Below are positions 1-13,207 of a DNA stretch of 64,000 nt, piece after piece. Origin of the DNA: Candidatus Ghiorseimicrobium undicola. GTDB taxonomy: Bacteria; Omnitrophota; Gorgyraeia; Ghiorseimicrobiales; Ghiorseimicrobiaceae. Both the position numbers and the translations under genes were made by a program. The DNA lies in NCBI GenBank assembly GCA_002796125.1, contig PCWA01000109.1:65347-129346 (forward strand). The letters are read 5' to 3'. The stretch's first letter is position 1. Each line of letters opens with the position of its first letter. Below the pieces are notes generated by a model. The model ran no database searches. It saw nothing but the letters and a program-made list of their open reading frames with translations, and was not told where the DNA came from.

Positions 1-4712
<4,712 letters not shown>

Positions 4713-4789
4713 AATTAAAATTGATAAATTAAAAGTCTCGGGTTAAAATGCGGTTTTTTGCTCGCTTAACTAATCGCCGATCATTAAAA

Positions 4790-5209
4790 TTACTTCAATT
4801 CAATTGTTGCGCCGGCAGCTTCCAGCTTCTTCTTTAACTCTTCAGCTTCCGCTTTCGGCAGATTTTCTTTTACCGGCTTTGGAGCTGAATCAACTAAATC
4901 CTTAGCTTCTTTTAAGCCAAGGTTAGTTGCCGCGCGCACTTCCTTGATTACGGAAATTTTATTGCCCCCCGCATTTGTTAAAATAACGCTGAAGGCGGTT
5001 TTTTCTTCTACGGCTGCGCCGGCAGTACCAGCTCCCGCACCGGCGGCTCCAGGAGCAGCTGCCATAATAGGCATTGCCGCTGAAACACCAAATTTATCCT
5101 CCAGCGCTTTTACCAAATCAGAAAGTTCCAGCACCGTCAAATCTTCAACTGACTTAATAATCTGTTCTAACTTTTGATCCAGCTTTACTTCTGTTTTTGC
5201 GTCTGTCAT
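4790..5209 (-). CDS. rplL: 50S ribosomal protein L7/L12
   Basis: [11 protein letters not shown] and [12 protein letters not shown]; GAGGAGG SD upstream. Confidence 0.98.
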   Translation of the reverse strand: MTDAKTEVKLDQKLEQIIKSVEDLTVLELSDLVKALEDKFGVSAAMPIMAAAPGAAGAGAGTAGAAVEEKTAFSVILTNAGGNKISVIKEVRAATNLGLKEAKDLVDSAPKPVKENLPKAEAEELKKKLEAAGATIELK

Positions 5210-5220
5210 TTCTTCCTCCT

Positions 5221-5251
5221 CAATGAGCCCTGACCATGTCAGGGTGAATTG
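5221..5251 (+). repeat. Minimal module-A palindrome (CAAT GA GCCCTGAC CAT GTCAGGGT GA ATTG)
   Basis: Same AAT-GA/GA-ATT outer frame as the other module-A copies; lies between the rplJ stop and the rplL SD. Confidence 0.65.
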
Positions 5252-5258
5252 ATCACTA

Positions 5259-5789
5259 TCAGCTTTTGCTCTTTTTATCCTTTATGGCATTTATGGCGTA
5301 TATCGGCTTCCTTAATACACCATTTAATATATAAACCATGTTATTCAGCGGCGCTTTAATACAGTAAACAAACTTTGCCCGTAATTGATCCTTGCTGGGT
5401 AAATTCACCAGATTACCCAAATCCTGGCCTTTTACAAGGCGCTTCTCCAGGATACCGCCCTGAAATTCTAACGCCGCATGCGCCTTAGCAAAGTCAGAAA
5501 TCGCTTTGCATATTAAAATAGGATCATCATAGCCAAAGATAAACGCCGTTTGACCCTGGAGTATGTCAACCAGTTCTTTTAAATCGCTATCCTTTAGAAT
5601 ACGGCTGGAAAGAGAATTTTTTACTACAAAAAACCTGCTCTTGGTTTGAGAAAGATTATTCCTTAATTCCGTCAACTCGCTTGCCTTTAGGCCGGAAAAT
5701 TTTACCACAAACACGCTACTAATGTCATTGAGCCTTTTTTTAAACTCGCTTTCAACCGTTTTTTTATAAATTGTGCCGATTTTTTGCAT
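5259..5789 (-). CDS. rplJ: 50S ribosomal protein L10
   Basis: Between rplA and rplL; ELRNNL...FFVVKNSL pattern; start taken at MQKIG (alternative 5801). Confidence 0.93.
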   Translation of the reverse strand: MQKIGTIYKKTVESEFKKRLNDISSVFVVKFSGLKASELTELRNNLSQTKSRFFVVKNSLSSRILKDSDLKELVDILQGQTAFIFGYDDPILICKAISDFAKAHAALEFQGGILEKRLVKGQDLGNLVNLPSKDQLRAKFVYCIKAPLNNMVYILNGVLRKPIYAINAIKDKKSKS

Positions 5790-5809
5790 GATTTTAACCA
5801 ACGCTTAAG

Positions 5810-6490
5810 CTATGCTTCTATTTTTATCCCGATTCCCATAGTCGTGGAAATAGAAACGCTCTTTACAAATTTACCTTTTACCGAAGCCGGCTTAGCCGCT
5901 AAAACAGTATCTATAAATTTAGACGCATTATCATAAAGCTTATTTTCATCAAAAGAAATTTTACCCACTGAACAATGGATGCCGGATTGTTTATCCACCT
6001 TAAACTCCACTTTCCCTGCTTTTATTTCTTTTATCGCTTGGGCAATATTATTTGTGACCGTACCCGTCTTAGGAGAAGGCATAAGCCCTCGCGGCCCCAA
6101 AACCTTCCCCAGCCGGCTTACATCTTTCATGATATCGGGAGTAGCAACAGCTACATCAAAATCCATCCATCCTCCAAGAACCTTGTCTATCAACTCTTGA
6201 GAGCCGAAAAAATCCGCTCCCGCTTGGCGCGCTTCCTTTTCTGCCTCACCCTTGCAAAATACGGCAATACGCACTTTTTTACCTACGCCATGAGGCAATA
6301 TCACGGTACCGCGAACCATCTGGTCGGATTTCTTTGGATCAATATTTAAATTAAACGCCACATCAACCGACTCATTAAATTTCGCAGGCGGCACTTTCTT
6401 TAAAATGCCGACAGCCTCTTTAAGGGTGTAATATTTGTCTAAATCGGTTAATTTTAATGCTTCTTTAAATCTTTTGCTATGTTTATTCAT
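5810..6490 (-). CDS. rplA: 50S ribosomal protein L1
   Basis: LGKVLGPRGLMPSPKTGTVT; start taken at MNKHSKR. Confidence 0.98.
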   Translation of the reverse strand: MNKHSKRFKEALKLTDLDKYYTLKEAVGILKKVPPAKFNESVDVAFNLNIDPKKSDQMVRGTVILPHGVGKKVRIAVFCKGEAEKEARQAGADFFGSQELIDKVLGGWMDFDVAVATPDIMKDVSRLGKVLGPRGLMPSPKTGTVTNNIAQAIKEIKAGKVEFKVDKQSGIHCSVGKISFDENKLYDNASKFIDTVLAAKPASVKGKFVKSVSISTTMGIGIKIEA

Positions 6491-6497
6491 GATCCGC

Positions 6498-6926
6498 TTA
6501 ATCAATTACCTCTATGCCCATACTTTTAGCTGTTCCTTCTATGGTCTTAACCGCTTCATCTAAATTTAACGTACTTAAATCGCTCATCTTTTGTTTGGCT
6601 ATTTCTTCAACCTGAGCCCGCTTTATTTGAGCAATTTTCTCCTTGCCCGCCTGGCCCGAAGCTTTTGCCAGATTGCACGCGCGCTTCAAAAGAATCGACG
6701 AAGGCGGGGTCTTGATAATGAAATCAAAGCTCCTGTCTTCATATACGCTAATTACTACCGGAAGTATTAAGCCCTCCCTGCCTTTTGTTTTTTCATTAAA
6801 GTCCTTGCAGAACTGCATAATATTCACTCCATGCTGGCCAAGGGCCGGGCCCACAGGAGGAGCAGGATTAGCCTGCCCTGCTGGTACATGTAACTTTATC
6901 TGTGCTTTGATGTTTTTCTTAGCCAT
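6498..6926 (-). CDS. rplK: 50S ribosomal protein L11
   Basis: [26 protein letters not shown]. Confidence 0.99.
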   Translation of the reverse strand: MAKKNIKAQIKLHVPAGQANPAPPVGPALGQHGVNIMQFCKDFNEKTKGREGLILPVVISVYEDRSFDFIIKTPPSSILLKRACNLAKASGQAGKEKIAQIKRAQVEEIAKQKMSDLSTLNLDEAVKTIEGTAKSMGIEVID

Positions 6927-6930
6927 AGTT

Positions 6931-6974
6931 CAGATGTCAGATATTAGATGGCAGTTTATCCACCATCTGTTATC
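6931..6974. repeat. Short inverted heptamer array, (CAGATNN)3 facing (NNATCYR)2-3
   Basis: cagatgt cagatat tagatgg cag ... ttatcca ccatctg ttatc fills the nusG-rplK gap. Confidence 0.6.
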
Positions 6975-7500
6975 AAACTTTTTCTACTTGCCAAAACTCA
7001 AGCTCTACCGGGGTAGATCTGCCGAATATCGAAACAGAAACCTTGATCTTTCCTTTCTCCGGATAAACTTCTTCAATCGCTCCGTTAAAATTTACAAAAG
7101 GCCCGTCTGTTACGCGAACTTGCTCGCCCTTCTCAAACATAACTTTCGGACTAGGCTTAACCTGCGTTTCTTCCGCGCGCTTTAAAATATCTTCTACTTC
7201 ATGTGCCGGAAGCGGAAGCGGCTTCTTACCTACGCCGATAAAACCCGTAACCCCCGGAGTCCCTTTGATCAAAAGATATGCCTGTTCGCTTAAATCCATC
7301 TCCACTAAAAGATACCCCGGGAAAAATTTACGTTCTGAAATACGTTTTTTACCACCTCTAATTTCTGAAATCTGCTCGGTGGGTATCAGAAGACGCGTTA
7401 TAGCCTCTCCCATGCCGGCTGAAGTAATCCGGCCCTCCAGGCTTGTTTTTACTTTATCCTCTGATCCGGTTTGCGTATGTACGATATACCATTTCTTCAT
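6973..7500 (-). CDS. nusG: Transcription termination/antitermination factor NusG
   Basis: WYIVHT, FPGYLLVEM, KOW motif, IFGRSTPVEL. Confidence 0.98.
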   Translation of the reverse strand: MKKWYIVHTQTGSEDKVKTSLEGRITSAGMGEAITRLLIPTEQISEIRGGKKRISERKFFPGYLLVEMDLSEQAYLLIKGTPGVTGFIGVGKKPLPLPAHEVEDILKRAEETQVKPSPKVMFEKGEQVRVTDGPFVNFNGAIEEVYPEKGKIKVSVSIFGRSTPVELEFWQVEKV

Positions 7501-7507
7501 AACTAAT

Positions 7508-7702
7508 CTACTTGACCATTACTATCAACCAGCGCAAAATCCTCGAAAATGAAAAATCAATCAAACCTATAAAAACAGAAAGCAGGCCGGTGATAGTTAT
7601 AACCAAAAATGTCGCCGATAACAATTCTTGCCTGCTGGACCAGGAAACCTTAGTTAGCTCGGTTCTTACTTCAGCCACAAATTTTTTAATTTTAGCGACC
7701 AT
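7508..7702 (-). CDS. secE: Preprotein translocase subunit SecE
   Basis: EVRTELTKVSW motif plus one TM helix; start moved to MVAKIK because the longer ORF overlaps tRNA-Trp. Confidence 0.93.
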   Translation of the reverse strand: MVAKIKKFVAEVRTELTKVSWSSRQELLSATFLVITITGLLSVFIGLIDFSFSRILRWLIVMVK

Positions 7703-7767
7703 TATTTTATGATTGGCAGTATTTAATTTTTCCGTGACTATTGGCCTACTTATCTCTACTAACATTA

Positions 7768-7838
7768 CAGGAGCGGCAGGAGTCGAACCTGCAGTCACGG
7801 TTTTGGAGACCGTTGGTTTGCCCTTAACCGACGCTCCT
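7768..7838 (-). tRNA. tRNA-Trp (CCA)
   Basis: Cloverleaf AGGAGCG...CGCTCCT-G, anticodon loop CTCCAAA, T-loop TTCGACT; 3' CCA not encoded. Confidence 0.95.
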
Positions 7839-7881
7839 TCAAAGAAGATTTGACGTCGGGGGACATATCCGCGCTTAAAAT

Positions 7882-8031
7882 CTATTTTATCTCTTTATGC
7901 GCGGTATGCTTGCGGCAGAATCTGCAATACTTTTTTAACTCAATTCTCTCCGGATGCTTCTTTTTGTCTTTTGTGCTCGTATAATTACGGCTTTTACAAT
8001 CCAAACATTCTAGTGTGATAATTTCCCGCAT
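7882..8031 (-). CDS. rpmG: 50S ribosomal protein L33 (zinc-ribbon type), 49 aa; absent from ORF track
   Basis: Hand translation [49 protein letters not shown]. Confidence 0.97.
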   Translation of the reverse strand: MREIITLECLDCKSRNYTSTKDKKKHPERIELKKYCRFCRKHTAHKEIK

Positions 8032-8162
8032 AGCAAAATTTATCCGTTAAAAGGCCAGCATCAAAAACTGAAGCAAGCCAAGATTAAACTTGCAACGTTT
8101 GAGGTAGAATTAAAATTATAGCTTGCTCAGTTAGCTTTTTCCGTAATTTTCCGTCGGAGAAA

Positions 8163-8235
8163 AGCCCCCGATCGGAATTGAACCGATGGCCCCGTCCTTA
8201 CCAAGGACGTGCTCTGCCGACTGAGCTACGAGGGC
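8163..8235 (-). tRNA. tRNA-Thr (GGT)
   Basis: GCCCTCGTAGCTCAG...anticodon loop TTGGTAA...GGTTCAATTCC...GGGGGCT. Confidence 0.95.
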
Positions 8236-8253
8236 AGCTTACGTAAAGCATTT

Positions 8254-8281
8254 ATTATAAATGCTTTTTAAGCTTTGTCAA
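8254..8281 (-). promoter_or_regulatory. Sigma70-type promoter for the tRNA-Thr/rpmG/secE/nusG/rpl/rpo cluster
   Basis: TTGACA-16 bp-TATAAT with an A-rich upstream tract. Confidence 0.85.
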
Positions 8282-8317
8282 GTATTTTTTTTATTTTTTT
8301 GAAAAGGCAGTGCGGTT

Positions 8318-9595
8318 TTATGCAACAGTACGCGGGGAGAGCAGTTTATTAAAAATATGGCCGACTTTGCTAGAACCGCCGCCATCTTTTAACATTCCTT
8401 TCTCTGCCAACACCTCAACAAAAACATCTACCAGATCAGGATCAAACTGCTTATTTTTATTTTTAATCAATTCAGCTACCGCATCCTCTATAGAAAAAGG
8501 AGCCTTTCTATAAGGCCTGGAATGGGTCATGGCGTCGAATGAATCAACAATTGTGGCAATGCGTGCTCCCAGGGGAATCTTATATCCTTTTAGGCCTTCC
8601 GGATAACCGGAGCCGTCAAATTTTTCTTGATGGTAACGTATAATAGCCGCAACCTCTTCTAACCCGTCTATTTGTTCAAAAATTTCCGCTCCGTCTACGG
8701 GATGTTTTTTTAATATTGCCCATTCCCCTTGCGTCAAAGGGCCTTCCTTATATAAAATCTCTTTTGGCGTATACTGCTTGCCGATATCATGTAAAAATAT
8801 AGACGAAATAAATAATTCTTTGGGAATATCAGGAAACACCACTCCCCGCCTCTCTAATTTCACCACCATGCTGGCGGCCATATCAAACATTCTATCCATG
8901 TGAGGACGGGTAAAATCCGGATCGAACTTTTCTATACTCAACGACATAGCCTTTATTATTCCATAAAAGATTTTCTGGATATTTTTATACAGCTGGGCAT
9001 TACGTATCGCCATAACAGCCGTACGCGCCAGCGCCATAAAAAAATCAAGCTCTTCCTGCTGGAACCTGCTTCCATTGCTTTTCTTGCCTAAGAACAAAAT
9101 TCCCAAAAGGTTTTTTGTCTGAAAGTATCCCGGAACCAAGGCATCAACATCATAATCTTCCATTTCCGCGCGTAACTGGCCAATACAATCCCGCAAAGAA
9201 TTATTTACTGTTCCTTTCTTCAGGTATTTCAGTAAATCCTCTTTACGTATAGCCCCGCTTCTATTAATCAGATAATTTGTACGCTCAGCAAAGAATTTAA
9301 TGATGACATCATCATTTTCCATGCGGATATATTCTTTAGGGATTACCGATCCTTTTTTCCCTTTAGAGCTTGTTAAAACATATGATTTTTTGGCGTCATT
9401 ATAGAGAAGAATGCCCACATGGGTAAGCCTCACCTTTTTCACTATCATGTATACGATAAGACGGACTAAGCGTTCAATATCAAGGATTTCGACCATCCCG
9501 GCTGTCGCCAGCTCCAATGAACGTTTATATCCGCCAAATGGAAGGTTATTTTTTTTACTACGGACATTTTGTGAAGATTTTCTGGAAGGCATCAT
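8318..9595 (-). CDS. GAF + HD-GYP domain cyclic-di-GMP phosphodiesterase
   Basis: HDIGK, HQEKFDGSGYP, IVDSFDAMT..RPY; GAF-like LLGILFLG...EELDFFMALA. Confidence 0.9.
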   Translation of the reverse strand: MMPSRKSSQNVRSKKNNLPFGGYKRSLELATAGMVEILDIERLVRLIVYMIVKKVRLTHVGILLYNDAKKSYVLTSSKGKKGSVIPKEYIRMENDDVIIKFFAERTNYLINRSGAIRKEDLLKYLKKGTVNNSLRDCIGQLRAEMEDYDVDALVPGYFQTKNLLGILFLGKKSNGSRFQQEELDFFMALARTAVMAIRNAQLYKNIQKIFYGIIKAMSLSIEKFDPDFTRPHMDRMFDMAASMVVKLERRGVVFPDIPKELFISSIFLHDIGKQYTPKEILYKEGPLTQGEWAILKKHPVDGAEIFEQIDGLEEVAAIIRYHQEKFDGSGYPEGLKGYKIPLGARIATIVDSFDAMTHSRPYRKAPFSIEDAVAELIKNKNKQFDPDLVDVFVEVLAEKGMLKDGGGSSKVGHIFNKLLSPRTVA

Positions 9596-9607
9596 AAACC
9601 CTAATAA

Positions 9608-9991
9608 TTATATTTTACTATTTATTTCATCGGCAAATTTAACCACCAAATTATCAAGGTCTTTTAATAAAATCGGCTTGGTAAGATAACTCGAAACTCC
9701 CAGTGTTTTTAAATATTCAATTTGTTCATTATTATCCAGGGCACTGACGATTATTACCTTTGGGTTAGGGCATATTTTCTTTATCCTTTTAAAGGTTTCG
9801 ATGCCATTGATGCCCTGCATCATTATATCTAAAATAACTATATCGGGCCTTTCTTTTTCAAAAATAACCAGCGCCTCTTCTCCAGAAAGGGCAAAAAGCA
9901 CATCAAAGCCCTTCTTTTTAAATCTCTGCTCGACATAATTACATATTAACTCTTCGTCATCAACAACCAATAGCTTTATCTTCTCAGGCAC
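9608..9991 (-). CDS. Single-domain response regulator (receiver)
   Basis: LVVDDE, LDIMM, YLTKP. Confidence 0.92.
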   Translation of the reverse strand: MPEKIKLLVVDDEELICNYVEQRFKKKGFDVLFALSGEEALVIFEKERPDIVILDIMMQGINGIETFKRIKKICPNPKVIIVSALDNNEQIEYLKTLGVSSYLTKPILLKDLDNLVVKFADEINSKI

Positions 9992-10018
9992 TAACAGCCC
10001 CTTTCTTATATGTAACTA

Positions 10019-10402
10019 TTATTTCTTCAGGCCCTTATGTAGCTTCAGCACCGTATCTATTATATTAAGCAAAGAATCAAAATTGTCTTCTTTGGCAAAA
10101 AATCCTGAAATACCCAACTTCTGGCACGTCTCCAGCCTTTCCTGCGTGCCATAAGCAGTAATCATAATCACCGGTATGTTTTTATTTATTTCTCTTATCG
10201 CGCGTAAAGTCTCTATGCCATCCATAAGAGGCATACTTATATCTAAAAATACCATATCCGGAGGCGACTTTTTAATAATAGTAAGCGCATCAGCACCATT
10301 ACTTTTTGATATTACATTGTAATCTTTTGCTTTAAGCCAATAGCTCATCATATAATTAAAATCTACTTCGTCATCAACCACCATAATGGCCGTTTTACTC
10401 AT
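10019..10402 (-). CDS. Single-domain response regulator (receiver)
   Basis: MVVDDE, LDISMPLMDG, MITAYG. Confidence 0.92.
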   Translation of the reverse strand: MSKTAIMVVDDEVDFNYMMSYWLKAKDYNVISKSNGADALTIIKKSPPDMVFLDISMPLMDGIETLRAIREINKNIPVIMITAYGTQERLETCQKLGISGFFAKEDNFDSLLNIIDTVLKLHKGLKK

Positions 10403-10497
10403 TTAACACCCCCTTAAAATAACCTGTAAAATCCATAAATTATCAAAATATTTTATGCCTACGTGCTTATTATATAAGGTATATAAATAAAATCAAG

Positions 10498-11322
10498 TCA
10501 AAAATTTGCCCTGAGCCCGTACGGCACCAATCGCTCAATACTTTCAGAAATTTCTGCCATTTGTTTTAGAGAAAGCTCTTCGGCCCTGACATCGTGTTTC
10601 AGGCCCAAATCACGGATTATTGAACTTATCAGCTCTTTATCAAGTATGAAACTCAGCGCGTTTATGATTGTTTTGCGTCGTTTGGCAAAAGAATTCCTTA
10701 TTATCGTAAATAAAAGTTTTTCATTTCTTACTTTTAAAGGCGGCTCTTTATAAGGCGAGAGCCTCAATAACACACTTTCTACCTTAGGCGCGGGCCAAAA
10801 TGACCCCGGCTTAATTTTAAATAAAATCTCCGGTTTAAAATAATACTGCACAAAACAGCTCAAAGACCCGTATGACTCGCTGGCGGCAGGCGCAATAATG
10901 CGCTGTGCCAATTCTTTTTGAACAGTGATAAAAATATCTTCGATATTTTTTCGAAGATCAATCAGGTGTTCTATAATAGGAGTAGTTATATAATAAGGTA
11001 TATTACCTACAACTTTGATTTTTTTCCCGGAATATTTGCCTGGAATAGAATATTTAAGAAAATCACAATTTACTATTCTCACATTGGAGCTATCTCTGAA
11101 TTTATCTTTCAATAGGCTGACCGCGCGCCTGTCTACTTCTACCGCAATGACTTCTTCCGCCTCTTTTGCCAAAAAATCAGTAAGCGTACCCAGGCCCGGG
11201 CCGATTTCCAAGACAGTATCATTTCCTTTTAGCTTTATCGATGCCGCTATTTTGCCCAATATGTTTCTATCAAAGAGAAAATTCTGCCCCAGATGTTTTT
11301 TAGGCTTAAAGTCAGGCTTCAT
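10498..11322 (-). CDS. rsmA: 16S rRNA dimethyladenosine transferase
   Basis: LGQNFL, VLEIGPGLG, GNIPYYITTP. Confidence 0.97.
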   Translation of the reverse strand: MKPDFKPKKHLGQNFLFDRNILGKIAASIKLKGNDTVLEIGPGLGTLTDFLAKEAEEVIAVEVDRRAVSLLKDKFRDSSNVRIVNCDFLKYSIPGKYSGKKIKVVGNIPYYITTPIIEHLIDLRKNIEDIFITVQKELAQRIIAPAASESYGSLSCFVQYYFKPEILFKIKPGSFWPAPKVESVLLRLSPYKEPPLKVRNEKLLFTIIRNSFAKRRKTIINALSFILDKELISSIIRDLGLKHDVRAEELSLKQMAEISESIERLVPYGLRANF

Positions 11323-12265
11323 TTATAAAAAGGTTTGCGGCATGGCCAATCGCGCTAATCATACTTGAAGCATCCGCCTTATTCCTACCGGCGATATCCA
11401 TCGCTGTCCCGTGCAAAGGAGAGGTACGTGTAAACGGCAGCCCCATGGTGATATTGGCCGCTCCCTTAGGATCAGTCAACTTTAACGGTATTAACGCCTG
11501 ATCGTGGTACATTGCAACAATAACATCAAATTTTGATTTTTGCGCCAGCGAAAACAATGTATCCGCCGGATACGGCCCCCGGCATCTTATCCGTTTGCCA
11601 ATATTTTTTAAGGCTGGAATTATAATTTTCTGCTCTTCTGTTCCAAAAAGCCCGTGATCGGAGGCGTGAGGATTAAGGGCGCATACGCCAATATTAGGCT
11701 TATTGATAGAATAAAATTTTCTAAAAAATTTATCGCATGTTCGAATTACCGCCCTGATATTTTCTTTGTTGATTTTTCTTGCTACCGATTCTAAAGAGGC
11801 ATGCCTGGTTACCAGGGCTATTTTAAATTTATTATTCACCAGCAACATCGCAAAATTTCTAACGCGAGTACGCATGGCCAGATATTCCGTATGGCCATAA
11901 AATTCTTTACTTACTAAAGATACCGACTCCTTGTTCACGGGTGCCGTCACTAAGGCGCCGATATTATTACGTACTTTTATCAAATCCAGCGCGGTATCAA
12001 TATACTCTAAAGATGCCTTGCCGTATTCAGGCTTAATCTTACCAAACGAAAATTTTTTTCTCTCTACATTGCTTAAATCTATAAATTCAACAGGGTTCCG
12101 GTAAAAAACATAGCCGGGAAAAACTTTATCAAAAACAAACTTATCCCCTACCACAATAAATTCAACATGCCTGTTAAATTTAGGGTGCCTAAGTGCTTTG
12201 GCGACTACCTCCGGCCCTATGCCAGAAGGATCACCCATTGTTATTATTATCTTGCATTTACGCAT
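11312..12265 (-). CDS. pdxA: 4-hydroxythreonine-4-phosphate dehydrogenase
   Basis: MGDPSGIGPE, GHTEYL, LNPHA, AMYHDQ, RTSPLHGTA. Confidence 0.95.
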   Translation of the reverse strand: MRKCKIIITMGDPSGIGPEVVAKALRHPKFNRHVEFIVVGDKFVFDKVFPGYVFYRNPVEFIDLSNVERKKFSFGKIKPEYGKASLEYIDTALDLIKVRNNIGALVTAPVNKESVSLVSKEFYGHTEYLAMRTRVRNFAMLLVNNKFKIALVTRHASLESVARKINKENIRAVIRTCDKFFRKFYSINKPNIGVCALNPHASDHGLFGTEEQKIIIPALKNIGKRIRCRGPYPADTLFSLAQKSKFDVIVAMYHDQALIPLKLTDPKGAANITMGLPFTRTSPLHGTAMDIAGRNKADASSMISAIGHAANLFINEA

Positions 12266-12281
12266 TTCAAAAAGTTTGCGC

Positions 12282-13205
12282 TTATTTAATAATAATATAG
12301 GCTTTTTCTTTAAGCCCGTTTACCCATTGGCTGAATTTTTCTTTCTTTTTTTCCTTTACAAGACGATCTTTGATCTCCGCCTCTATATCAGCCAGGGAAA
12401 GTTGCTCTTGGGGCTTCTTGCTCAATAGTTTAAAAATATAAAAACCGCCGTCGGTTTTAATTACGCCGGAGACCTGGCCTTCTTCAAGAGCAAAAATAGC
12501 CTCTTCTATATCACTAAGCAATTCGCCGCGGCCTACCACTCCCAAAGAAGCGCCAGAAGAAAATCTTCCTTTTACTTCTTCAAAATTTTCGCCATTACTC
12601 AACAAATTAAATGCCTCATCTATCCGGGCTTCGGAATCAGCATATATGGAATCTACTTCGGCTGTTTCAGGCTTCTTATACTCATCGCGGTGCGCCTGAT
12701 AATATGCGGTTATTTCTGTGGGGCTTACGGTTATCGCTTTATTCACGTTTACATCAACTATAGAGGCCATCATCATCTGCTCTTTTATTCTCTTGCGTAA
12801 ATCTGCCGGCGTTAGCCCCTGCGCTATCAATGAATCCTGAAAATCATTATCGCTTGCAAACCTTTCCTTGAGCTCCTTATATCTTTCATCAACAGCCCTC
12901 TCTGATATTTCCAACCCTTTGTGTTTTGCTTCTTCTAATATTAATTTATCTTCAATGAGACGTTTTAAAGCATCCGGCTGTTTTTTAATTATTTCTTCCT
13001 CTTTGCGTTCTTCTGAATAATTTTCAGGCAACTGCATATAAAAAACAGCCAGTAATTCATCGATATCGCTCTGGGTAATAATCTCATTATTTACGATAGC
13101 CACTATCCTATCTTGTGCCAGCTGCGTCCCTGGATGATCCTGGGCGCAGGCAGAAGGGATAATTACAAATAAAAACATAAAACTTAAAAAATAAAAGTAT
13201 TTCAT
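12282..13205 (-). CDS. SurA-family periplasmic chaperone/PPIase
   Basis: Signal peptide, DRIVAIVNNEII SurA-N motif, parvulin-like C-terminus; surA-pdxA-rsmA synteny. Confidence 0.85.
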   Translation of the reverse strand: MKYFYFLSFMFLFVIIPSACAQDHPGTQLAQDRIVAIVNNEIITQSDIDELLAVFYMQLPENYSEERKEEEIIKKQPDALKRLIEDKLILEEAKHKGLEISERAVDERYKELKERFASDNDFQDSLIAQGLTPADLRKRIKEQMMMASIVDVNVNKAITVSPTEITAYYQAHRDEYKKPETAEVDSIYADSEARIDEAFNLLSNGENFEEVKGRFSSGASLGVVGRGELLSDIEEAIFALEEGQVSGVIKTDGGFYIFKLLSKKPQEQLSLADIEAEIKDRLVKEKKKEKFSQWVNGLKEKAYIIIK

Positions 13206-13207
13206 TA

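Noticed and set aside
7703-7798. N-terminal extensions in the ORF track (secE; also smc, acyl-CoA dehydrogenase, comM, spoVG, yajC)
   Set aside because: They overlap a tRNA or repeat elements; downstream starts match family N-termini and usually have an SD.
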